From assembly GCA_034660675.1 (NCBI GenBank), contig JAYEJT010000074.1, positions 1 to 55,364 of the forward strand: a stretch of 55,364 nucleotides of DNA. Direction: 5' to 3'. Below, one piece after another: positions 46,063 through 53,962 of this stretch (within the stretch, counting starts at the first letter, position 1; each line of letters begins with the position of its first letter). This DNA comes from Elusimicrobiota bacterium (lineage in GTDB: Bacteria > CG03). The notes beneath the pieces were generated by a model, which made no database searches, had not been told where the DNA came from, and saw only the letters and a list, made by a program, of their open reading frames with translations. A program made the position numbers and the translations under genes.

Positions 46063-48162
46063 ATGCGTAAACTTATAATATTCGCGGCGATTTTTATAGG
46101 GGTCTCGGCGGCCCGCGCCGCTGAAAATAGCCCCGTTTTACAGGATATAGATTACACCGCTGTCATCGAACAGAAGATGAAGCTTGAAAACAAGCTTGAA
46201 AAATACGTGAACGGGGTTCTTGACAAATGGTTGGGCCCGGATAAAGCCTTGGTGAGAATTGATATAACGCCCAATGCCAGCAAGTCGCGCGTGGAAACCG
46301 AATCATGGGCGCAGAAGCAGTCCGATTCCGACGGTGTAGAGGCGCAGAGTTCCGCGATGTCGGAATTTCTTCCGGGCATTCCCAGAAAACAGGACATTAT
46401 GCAGAAGGCAAAAAAGGAAGGCGGTCCCGGGGAGGCGTCCGGCCAGAAAAGAAGTATAGAAAGCGTTGTGAAAATACCGGAAGCTTTTATAAAAAAAATA
46501 GACGCCACTCTGATCGTTGATCAGGCGCTGAAAGATGAAGAGTTTACCGCTGTCAAAACAACCGTTGTTGATATGCTGGGGATAGACCTCAAGAGAGGAG
46601 ATAAGCTGAACGTGATGAAGGTAAAATTTTCACCGTTCAAAAAACTTTTGTCATATCTGACCAATCTCGATTTTTATCTTGCCCTTGTCGCCATTGCTCT
46701 TTGTCTTTTGTTTTTGCGTTTCCTTTTTTCCATAGGGCCGACCCTGAAAGATTTGAAGCAACTGAAAAGTGAAGTTGACACGACCGGCGATGTCGCCGGA
46801 GGCGGCGGCGGAGGCGGTGGCGCAGGCGGCGGAGGAAGCGCCGGCGTTTCCGGTGAGCAGGAAGGGGAAGCCGAGGAAAAAGAGGCCGGGGCAGTTGAAG
46901 ACGAAATACCAGAGGAAATAAAACAGAAGGAACTGAAGGAATTGGTGGCATCACTTCCTGTTCCCGGCGAGGAGGTCGGAAAAATGGCGTTTAAACCGTT
47001 TAAATTTGTTGAAGAGAGTGACCTGAAAAAAATAGCATATCTGCTGTCTAATGAAGAGCCTGAGGTGACGGCGACGGTGATACATTACCTTGACGATGCA
47101 AAAGCCGCAAAATTGCTCAAACTGTTTCCGGAACACAAGAAACCCGATGTGATAATGGCTATAACTAAAGTACAGTTTGTTGAGCAGAAAAAGATAGCGT
47201 GTCTGGAGAGGGTGCTGAAAAGGCGGATAGATCTCACTTCCGGAGGGGTTGACCGGCTGCTTGACATATTATCCCTGATGGATGACAGCACGAAAAAAGA
47301 GGTGATGGGTCATCTTTCGTCCGAGAATCCTGAAATTGCCGAAAAGGTGGAAGCCATGATGTTTTCTTTTGAGAAAATGATATCTTTTGACGATCACACG
47401 CTTCAAACGGTGCTTGCGGAAATAAACGCTCCCGAACTGGCCATAGCCATGAAAGGCACGGGCGATGATTTTAAGGCTAAAATTATGACTAATCTGTCAG
47501 AAGCGGCGGGTAAACTTGTGGAAGAGGAACAGGAAGCCGGCCGTGCGGCAACCGCCACTGACGCGCAGGTGACATTACAGCGCCGGGCAATAATAACAAA
47601 GCTTAAAGAGTTAGATGACGAGGGGAAAATAAATCTTGGCGGAACAAAAGAAATATCAGTGTTTGAAGATGAGTTGACCGCTGTTTCGTCCAAAAACATA
47701 ATGGAAGAAGTAGAAGAGGAAATGGAAAAAGAAAAAAAGAGAGAAGCAGAAAGAGAGGAGAGGAGAAAAAAAATAGGTATGACGGAAGATGTCGTGCCGG
47801 TCCTGGACAATGAGAAATCATTTGAGCATTATTCGCGGGGTGAGGAGTTTTTCCAGGAGGGAAATTACGAAGACGCTATCCTTGAATTTGAGGCTTCAAT
47901 ACAGTATAACCCCGAAATATGGCAGACATATCAGTTTATGGGTTCGGCACTGTTTGCTTTAGGCCGTGAGCAGGCGGCGGTGACGGCGTATGAAAAATGT
48001 CTGGAACTCAACCCCGGCAATGAGGAACTCACTAAGTGGATGAAAGAGTACCATCACAAAAATAAACAGTCCGCGGAGGCCGCCGCGGAAGAGAATCAGC
48101 AGAAAGAAACCTCCGAGACCGGTGAGCCGGACTCAGTTGCGTCTTCTCAGGAGACTGAATAA
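46063..48162 (+). CDS. FliF-FliG fusion protein: signal peptide, periplasmic FliF/YscJ-like ring-building domain, TM helix, Gly/acidic linker, FliG middle and C-terminal (torque) domains, and a C-terminal TPR tail
   Basis: GIDLKRGDKLNVMKVKFSPF followed by TM LALVAIALCLLFLRF parallels the FliF region just before TM2 (GFSDKRGDTLNVVNSPFS). PEIAEKVEAMMFSFEKMISFDDHTLQTVLAEINAPELAIAMKGTGDDFKAKIMTNLSEAAG aligns with the FliG_C consensus (MFVFEDI..LDD..IQ.VLREVD...LALALKGASDELKEKI..NMS.RAA). Confidence 0.6.
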   Translation: MRKLIIFAAIFIGVSAARAAENSPVLQDIDYTAVIEQKMKLENKLEKYVNGVLDKWLGPDKALVRIDITPNASKSRVETESWAQKQSDSDGVEAQSSAMSEFLPGIPRKQDIMQKAKKEGGPGEASGQKRSIESVVKIPEAFIKKIDATLIVDQALKDEEFTAVKTTVVDMLGIDLKRGDKLNVMKVKFSPFKKLLSYLTNLDFYLALVAIALCLLFLRFLFSIGPTLKDLKQLKSEVDTTGDVAGGGGGGGGAGGGGSAGVSGEQEGEAEEKEAGAVEDEIPEEIKQKELKELVASLPVPGEEVGKMAFKPFKFVEESDLKKIAYLLSNEEPEVTATVIHYLDDAKAAKLLKLFPEHKKPDVIMAITKVQFVEQKKIACLERVLKRRIDLTSGGVDRLLDILSLMDDSTKKEVMGHLSSENPEIAEKVEAMMFSFEKMISFDDHTLQTVLAEINAPELAIAMKGTGDDFKAKIMTNLSEAAGKLVEEEQEAGRAATATDAQVTLQRRAIITKLKELDDEGKINLGGTKEISVFEDELTAVSSKNIMEEVEEEMEKEKKREAEREERRKKIGMTEDVVPVLDNEKSFEHYSRGEEFFQEGNYEDAILEFEASIQYNPEIWQTYQFMGSALFALGREQAAVTAYEKCLELNPGNEELTKWMKEYHHKNKQSAEAAAEENQQKETSETGEPDSVASSQETE

Positions 48163-51100
48163 TGGCGGATAAAAAAAACAAACCGAATCCCTTTTCGGGG
48201 GGGATGAAACCTCCTTCTTTTGCCGCGCCCGGGCCGCCCGGGGGTCCGTCTAAAATTCCTCCAAAGGGTCATGTTCCTCCCGGAGCCTTTTCGTCTTCCC
48301 CGGCGCAGCCGCAGGAAGATCAGAGACGGCCTTTACCCCGGAAGGGGGCGTTTGTTCCGGGTGGTTCAGGTTACACCGATCAGCTGAAATTAAAAATAGA
48401 ACAGGCGAAAAAAACTCTTGAAGACAGCCGGTTCAGAAAAAAAGAAAAATTTGAGCAGAGAGAACTTTACTGGATGAGCCTCCTCAAAGAAAAAGAAAAA
48501 GAAGCGGATACTATCAAGCGGGAGATGAAGGAAGCTCTTGAAAATATGGAAGACAGCCAGACTGAAAAAGAAACGGCTTTGCGCGGTGCTTTGCAGCAGT
48601 TTGAGAGCCGGCTCATGGGGGTTTCAAGAGAACTTGATGACGAAAAGAAAAAATCTTACAGGTCAATGCAGAAGGCGAAAGAGGAAAGTGAGGCTTCTCT
48701 TAAAATTGAAATGGCGCTGAAAGAAATAGTGTCATCCAAGGATTACGAAGACAAGCTGGAAAATCTTCAGAACGCCCGTGAGAATCTGCTCAAAGACATG
48801 ATAAGGCAGAAAGACAATTTTAACAGAGAGAAATCAGCGTTAGAAGATCAGATAGGGACGCTTAACGAACAAATATCTAATCAGCGGCAAATTATTTCAA
48901 GGAAAGAATCCGCGGAGCAGATTTTTGAGGCGCAGAAAGAAAAAGATATAGAATCCGCCCGTGCGGAAGCCAAAGCGCGGCTGGAAGATCTCCTGAGGCA
49001 GGTCAGGGGCCGGGAAGAAAGTGTGCGTCTCAAGGAAAATGAGTTCAGGGTACAGGAATTCGCGAACAAACAGCAGCTGGATAATATGAGCGGTGATCTG
49101 CGAAAAAAGGAATCTGAACTTTCGGCCGCCAGAGATACTGCCTCGCGCCTTGCCAGAGAACTCACCGCCGCCAGAAATGCCCTGGAAGAAGGAAATTCCA
49201 AGTTTGTCAAAGAGATAGATTGGCTCAAAAAACATTTTGATGAAGAACGCGCTGTTTGGGGCGGCCGTTTTGATAAGGAGGGGCGCTTGAGAAAGGAAGC
49301 CGTTTCCGCCCGCACGGACATCGCAAAAGAAAGAGACTCCATTTTTCGCGAACTTGCCAGGTCGCGGGTGAAAGAGGAAGATTTGTCTTCACGGCTTGCC
49401 GGAAAAGAAAAAGACATATCTGATTTAAAAAATTCTTTTGAAAAAGAGAAAAATGAAATCAAAGGCCTCTATGAATCAGGATTAGAACGCATAACATCCG
49501 CAAGAGACGCGCTCACCGGCGAGTTGAGGGCATCAGAAATTTCTATAAAGCGGCTCGAGGGTGAAAAGAAAGAAATTGAAGAAGAATTGGTGTCGGTAAG
49601 GAAAGCGTTTGCGGAAAAAGAGACCCGGGATAAAGTTCTTAGGGCTAAAATAGATGAATTGTCTTCTGAAAAACAAGGCCTTGAAAATGATGCGGAAGAA
49701 CGGCGGTTGTCGTTTGAAAGCGTGAAAAAACAGCTTTTTTTGCAAATAGATCAGTTGAAATCAGAAAAAGCGGAGATGGAGAAAGAAAACTTTGAAAACA
49801 AAAATATGCTGGACGGATTCAGCGGGGAGATTTCAAAGAAGGAGCGTGAAATCGAATTCGCGCGTAAATCTCTTCACGCAAAAATTTCGGAACATGCGCT
49901 GGAAAAAGAAAACCTTGAACGAAAAATAAAAATTCTGGAAGGGGAGAAATCAGAAGTGGAAAACGCCTGTTCGGAGTATTCCCGCGCAGGCAAAGACCTT
50001 GAGGAAAAGTTGAGGATCAAGACAGCGGATGAGGATAGCGCTTCCTCGGAGTTAAACGAATCAAAGCGTATCATCGGTGAACTTAACGGGCGTCTTTCGG
50101 AATCAAAAAAAGAGCTTTCGGGTTTTATGCGGAGAGAGGATGACCTGAAAGAAAAAATAGCAGATTACGAGAGAGTCATAGACGAACTCAATAAAAATAT
50201 CACAGTGATGCAGGAGGAAAGCGAAAAATCCGAAGCGCAAAAGGAACATGAATTAGAAAAAGCCATTTCTGAAATTGAGGAACTTAACGGAAAACTCAAT
50301 GGTTTTCTGAAAGAAAAAAACAAGCTTTCCGGGAAGGTTGATGCGATATCGCGTGAACTTTTTGATATGACAAAACAGCGGGACACGCTCTTTAAAGAAA
50401 AAAACATTGTTTCGGGAGAGCTTTCATCCGCAAAAACGCAAATTGAACAGCTCCTCGTCCGTGCCGCGGAGAACGCCGCGGCCATAGATGAGACGACGGA
50501 AGAAATCTCGCTGTTAAAGGACAAACTTAAAAATCTTTCCGCTTCACACAGTGTTGAAACGGTGGATCTTAAAAACAAGATTCTGGAACAGCACAAAAAA
50601 ATGGAGAAACTTTTTTCCAGAATCAACGAATACAATCTTGAAATAGAGGCTCTTAAGGCCGCGCCGCGTGAAACTGTTGAAGAATACAAGCGGAAATTAA
50701 TAGAGAGGCAGGACGCCGAATCTAAAATGAGAGAGGAGCTGGAAGAGCTCCGCGCTGAAAAAGAGCGTTCGGCTGAGAAAGACGGGAGAATAAAAGATTA
50801 CGACGGGAAAATAGAGCTGCTTGAGAAAAAACTTTCGGAGACGGAATCCGAAATGGGGAAAATGAGAGAGCAGAGCGCGGCGGCCTCCGGGATGGATGCC
50901 CAGATCGTGAGGAAAGACGCACAGCTTAAAGAAGCCTCAGGAGAGATCAGGGATCTCAGGGACAGGATAGAATCGCTTGAAGAAGAAAAGTCGGGTATCA
51001 GAAAAAAAATTGATACCGAGATAATTGACATAAAAGACGAATATAATCAACGCCGCGCGGAAATTGAGGAGAGAACAAAAGCTTTTGAAAAAACGAAAGA

Positions 51101-52055
51101 GGAATTAAATGAACTGCGGTCGAAATTTCAAAATTTGTCAGATGCGAATATTGCTTTGAAGGAAGAGGCGGAAGAAGCCGCTCTTGATAGCGAAAAATTC
51201 AAAAAATTTGCCGCGGACAAGGAGAGGGAAATAGGGGGCTTAAAAGAGCGTCTTGATCTGTCCAGGGAAGAAATCACGGCTTCGTACGAGGATAAAATCA
51301 AAAAACTTAGTGATGTGGCCGCCGAAAACGGAGACAAAGCGAAAAGTTTTGAAAATCAGCTGAAAGAAGCTGAGAAAGAGATAGCGCATTTGAAAGAATC
51401 ATCCTCTTCCGAATCACAACAGGCGGATGAGTTCAAAGAAAAACTTCGGGAGCTTGAAGCAATAATTGAAAAGCAAAAGAAAGATATTTCCGCGAAGATG
51501 GAGTACTTAAAAGACAAAGAGCTGGAATTCCACAAAATACTGAAAAAAAAGGATGAGGACATATCTGTTCTTAAAGCGCAGCTGGAAATAGGGCTGGAGG
51601 CCCTGGGCGGGAAGAGCGGCGCCGGCGCATCCGCCGTTAGCCCCGGTAGATCTTCAGATGCTTCTCCGGACAAAAAGTTGGACGAACTGCAAAAAATAAA
51701 TGAGGAGCTGAAAAGAAAATCGGCGGAACGTGAAGCCATGCTCAGGGAAGAAATAGAGAGAAAAGAGACCGAGGCGGCTGAATACAGAAACCAGATCAGC
51801 GCCGCCGAATCAAAACAGCCCGCGGAAAAAGCCGGCGCGCCGTCCGAGCTCAAAGATGAGATCAAAACCAGAACCATGGAAGCGGTCAGGCTCAAGTCGG
51901 AGATGACAAGGGCCAGAAATTATTACGAAAAACTCGAGGGTATTATAAAAAAGCAGGATGAGAAAATATCCCGGCTGCAGAATAAAGAAGACTCCGGCGG
52001 CGTTATTAAAAGGCATGACATTGTTTCCGATGATGAAGGGGATATAAAATTTTGA
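48162..52055 (+). CDS. Giant coiled-coil protein (1297 aa) with a Pro-rich N-terminal segment
   Basis: A single ORF with an AGGAG SD. More than 1100 aa are continuous E/K/R/L-rich heptad-like sequence with no NTPase motifs. The Ser-rich antisense ORFs are artefacts of the repetitive coding. Confidence 0.6.
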   Translation: MADKKNKPNPFSGGMKPPSFAAPGPPGGPSKIPPKGHVPPGAFSSSPAQPQEDQRRPLPRKGAFVPGGSGYTDQLKLKIEQAKKTLEDSRFRKKEKFEQRELYWMSLLKEKEKEADTIKREMKEALENMEDSQTEKETALRGALQQFESRLMGVSRELDDEKKKSYRSMQKAKEESEASLKIEMALKEIVSSKDYEDKLENLQNARENLLKDMIRQKDNFNREKSALEDQIGTLNEQISNQRQIISRKESAEQIFEAQKEKDIESARAEAKARLEDLLRQVRGREESVRLKENEFRVQEFANKQQLDNMSGDLRKKESELSAARDTASRLARELTAARNALEEGNSKFVKEIDWLKKHFDEERAVWGGRFDKEGRLRKEAVSARTDIAKERDSIFRELARSRVKEEDLSSRLAGKEKDISDLKNSFEKEKNEIKGLYESGLERITSARDALTGELRASEISIKRLEGEKKEIEEELVSVRKAFAEKETRDKVLRAKIDELSSEKQGLENDAEERRLSFESVKKQLFLQIDQLKSEKAEMEKENFENKNMLDGFSGEISKKEREIEFARKSLHAKISEHALEKENLERKIKILEGEKSEVENACSEYSRAGKDLEEKLRIKTADEDSASSELNESKRIIGELNGRLSESKKELSGFMRREDDLKEKIADYERVIDELNKNITVMQEESEKSEAQKEHELEKAISEIEELNGKLNGFLKEKNKLSGKVDAISRELFDMTKQRDTLFKEKNIVSGELSSAKTQIEQLLVRAAENAAAIDETTEEISLLKDKLKNLSASHSVETVDLKNKILEQHKKMEKLFSRINEYNLEIEALKAAPRETVEEYKRKLIERQDAESKMREELEELRAEKERSAEKDGRIKDYDGKIELLEKKLSETESEMGKMREQSAAASGMDAQIVRKDAQLKEASGEIRDLRDRIESLEEEKSGIRKKIDTEIIDIKDEYNQRRAEIEERTKAFEKTKEELNELRSKFQNLSDANIALKEEAEEAALDSEKFKKFAADKEREIGGLKERLDLSREEITASYEDKIKKLSDVAAENGDKAKSFENQLKEAEKEIAHLKESSSSESQQADEFKEKLRELEAIIEKQKKDISAKMEYLKDKELEFHKILKKKDEDISVLKAQLEIGLEALGGKSGAGASAVSPGRSSDASPDKKLDELQKINEELKRKSAEREAMLREEIERKETEAAEYRNQISAAESKQPAEKAGAPSELKDEIKTRTMEAVRLKSEMTRARNYYEKLEGIIKKQDEKISRLQNKEDSGGVIKRHDIVSDDEGDIKF

Positions 52056-52075
52056 AAAGAGGCGGTTAATAAAAA

Positions 52076-52858
52076 ATGGATTTTGCGACAATTGTAGGTT
52101 TTGCAGCGGGTATAGGGCTTATAGTCCTTGCTATTATCAGCCGTGTGGGGGTTGCGGGTTTTCTGACAAGTTTTGTGGATTACCAGTCTGTCGCTATCAC
52201 TCTTGGCGGCACCTTCGCCGCGACAATGGTTAATTATTCTTTCCATGAGCTTGTGAGTGTCTTTGCCATAGCCAAAAAGGTTTTTATGCAGAAAGATGAT
52301 GATGCCGTGGGAATTATAGATACCGTTGTAAGACTTACGAAAAAATCCAGGACACAGGGTATGCTCTCGATTGAGCAGGATATAAAGGAGTTACCCACCC
52401 CCTTTCTCCGTCACGGTTTTTCGCTCGTTCTGGCCAACATTGATGTTGAAACGATAAGAACGGAGCTTGAAACCGAAATAATTTTTTTGCGCGAACGGCA
52501 CAAGCTGGGGCAGGAGATATTTTTGACAATGGGGACATTTGCTCCCGCTTTCGGTATGTTGGGAACGATCATGGGTCTCATCATGATGCTTGCGAATCTG
52601 GAAGACCAGGCGGCTATTGCCGGCGGTATGGCCGTGGCTCTTCTTACAACTCTTTACGGCGCGCTTCTGGCGAATATCATATTTCTGCCTGTTTCCGGCA
52701 AACTCAAAAGAAAAAGCGAAGATGAAGTGCTGATCAAGGAAATAATAATAGAGGGAATAATATCAATGAAAAACGGTGACATTCCGTCAATAATAGAATC
52801 TAAACTCAAAGCTTATCTACCGCCGAAAAAAAGAGAAAGAAAAATCATAGAAAAATAA
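52076..52858 (+). CDS. motA: MotA/PomA-family stator (proton-channel) protein
   Basis: 260 aa with 2 TM helices, a cytoplasmic loop of about 100 aa, and 2 further TM helices carrying the conserved TFAPAFGMLGTIMGLI ... GGMAVALLTTLYGALLAN region. There is a GAGG SD. Confidence 0.8.
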   Translation: MDFATIVGFAAGIGLIVLAIISRVGVAGFLTSFVDYQSVAITLGGTFAATMVNYSFHELVSVFAIAKKVFMQKDDDAVGIIDTVVRLTKKSRTQGMLSIEQDIKELPTPFLRHGFSLVLANIDVETIRTELETEIIFLRERHKLGQEIFLTMGTFAPAFGMLGTIMGLIMMLANLEDQAAIAGGMAVALLTTLYGALLANIIFLPVSGKLKRKSEDEVLIKEIIIEGIISMKNGDIPSIIESKLKAYLPPKKRERKIIEK

Positions 52859-52859
52859 T

Positions 52860-53882
52860 ATGGTGAAAAAAAGGACGTCGGAGACAGAACAGGTTGGCCC
52901 GACAGCGCCGGGCTGGATGGTCACATACGGTGACCTCATGACACAGCTTCTTATCTTTTTTGTCATGATGTTTGCCCTGGCTTCCGCTATGAATGAGATG
53001 CAGCTGATCAATCTTCAAACAAAGATGCAGCAGTATATAGACAGAGAAGATCTGGGTAACGATGTTTCACTGGCTGTGGACGAGAGGGGGCTTATTGTTT
53101 CTTTTCACGGCGACAAGATGTATGAAAAAGGAGACGCCGAAATAAAACCCGCGGCGCTGACGGCTTTGGCCAATCTTGCGGCTTTCGTGCGGCCGCAGCC
53201 CAATGAGGTGCGGATAGAGGCCCACGCGGATAAGACAGAATCCCCGGGCAGATATTCATCGTTATGGAATCTTTCCTCTACGCGGGCCTCACTGATAGCG
53301 AAACAGCTTATTGGAAAAATATATTTTCCGCCTTACCGGCTTTCATCAGCCGGTTATGCCGAGCAGAAACCTTACATTGAAAAAGACGGCGATACATACA
53401 AAATGCTTGAAGGCCGGAGCGCAGATCTGCTTAAAACTTCTTCTTCCGCGTTTTTCTATGAAGTCAGCCGTATGATAAAAAGAAAGATAGATGCCGGATT
53501 GCTGGAAAAACGGAAAAAATTAGATAAAAAATACAGGAATGATCCCCGGGGCAAGGTTCTTATCCGTCTCATGTCGTCTAATTACAGAGCGGGGCTGGAA
53601 AAAAAATATAACAGGATATTTCAGCGTCTGAAATTAAAAACCGAATTCAAAAACAGAACGGGGAAATGGGCGGAGGCGGTCACGGCGCTTAAATTTGAAG
53701 ATTTTGAAATTGAAATCCTCGCGGCGAAGGAGGATTATATCAAAGCGCAGTTCTATGACAGACTGCAGAAGGAAATTGTGACGCTGGCTAACCTTTCCCC
53801 CTCGCAGCAGAACAGAAACCGCCGTGTGGACCTTATTGTGGCGCGTATTTCGCCGCAATCGGCGAAGGAACGCCTGCTGTAG
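52860..53882 (+). CDS. motB: MotB-family stator protein (TM helix with conserved Asp, OmpA-like peptidoglycan-binding domain, long Lys-rich C-terminal extension)
   Basis: WMVTYGDLMTQLLIFFVMMFAL matches the MotB plug/TM (WMVTYADLMT). The OmpA-like core is EAHADKT...NLSSTRASLIAKQL. About 140 aa of extra C-terminal sequence follow. Confidence 0.8.
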   Translation: MVKKRTSETEQVGPTAPGWMVTYGDLMTQLLIFFVMMFALASAMNEMQLINLQTKMQQYIDREDLGNDVSLAVDERGLIVSFHGDKMYEKGDAEIKPAALTALANLAAFVRPQPNEVRIEAHADKTESPGRYSSLWNLSSTRASLIAKQLIGKIYFPPYRLSSAGYAEQKPYIEKDGDTYKMLEGRSADLLKTSSSAFFYEVSRMIKRKIDAGLLEKRKKLDKKYRNDPRGKVLIRLMSSNYRAGLEKKYNRIFQRLKLKTEFKNRTGKWAEAVTALKFEDFEIEILAAKEDYIKAQFYDRLQKEIVTLANLSPSQQNRNRRVDLIVARISPQSAKERLL

Positions 53883-53939
53883 GGCAGGGCAAAACAATGA
53901 ATTTCCACTCCGGGAACTATGCCGTGTAAGGGTTTGGGT

Positions 53940-53962
53940 CCCGCGATTTCGCGGAATTTTGT
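53940..53962 (+). terminator. Possible terminator hairpin after motB (cccgcgatttcgcgg followed by aatttt)
   Basis: Short GC hairpin followed by a weak T-run. Confidence 0.25.

Noticed and set aside
46790-46865. GGC/GGA-rich near-repeat (ggaggcggcggcggaggcggtggcgcaggcggcggagga) that could be mistaken for a simple-sequence or CRISPR-like repeat
   Set aside because: It encodes the Gly-rich linker GGGGGGGAGGGGS between the FliF-like and FliG-like domains and is in frame. It lacks spacer/repeat periodicity.
48881-51895. Several long minus-strand ORFs (48881-49462, 50165-50689, 51356-51895 and others) inside the coiled-coil gene, encoding Ser/Phe/Leu-rich proteins
   Set aside because: They are antisense reading of GAA/AAA/GAG-rich coiled-coil codons, which gives TTC/TTT/CTC. 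They have low complexity and lie entirely within a strongly supported plus-strand CDS.
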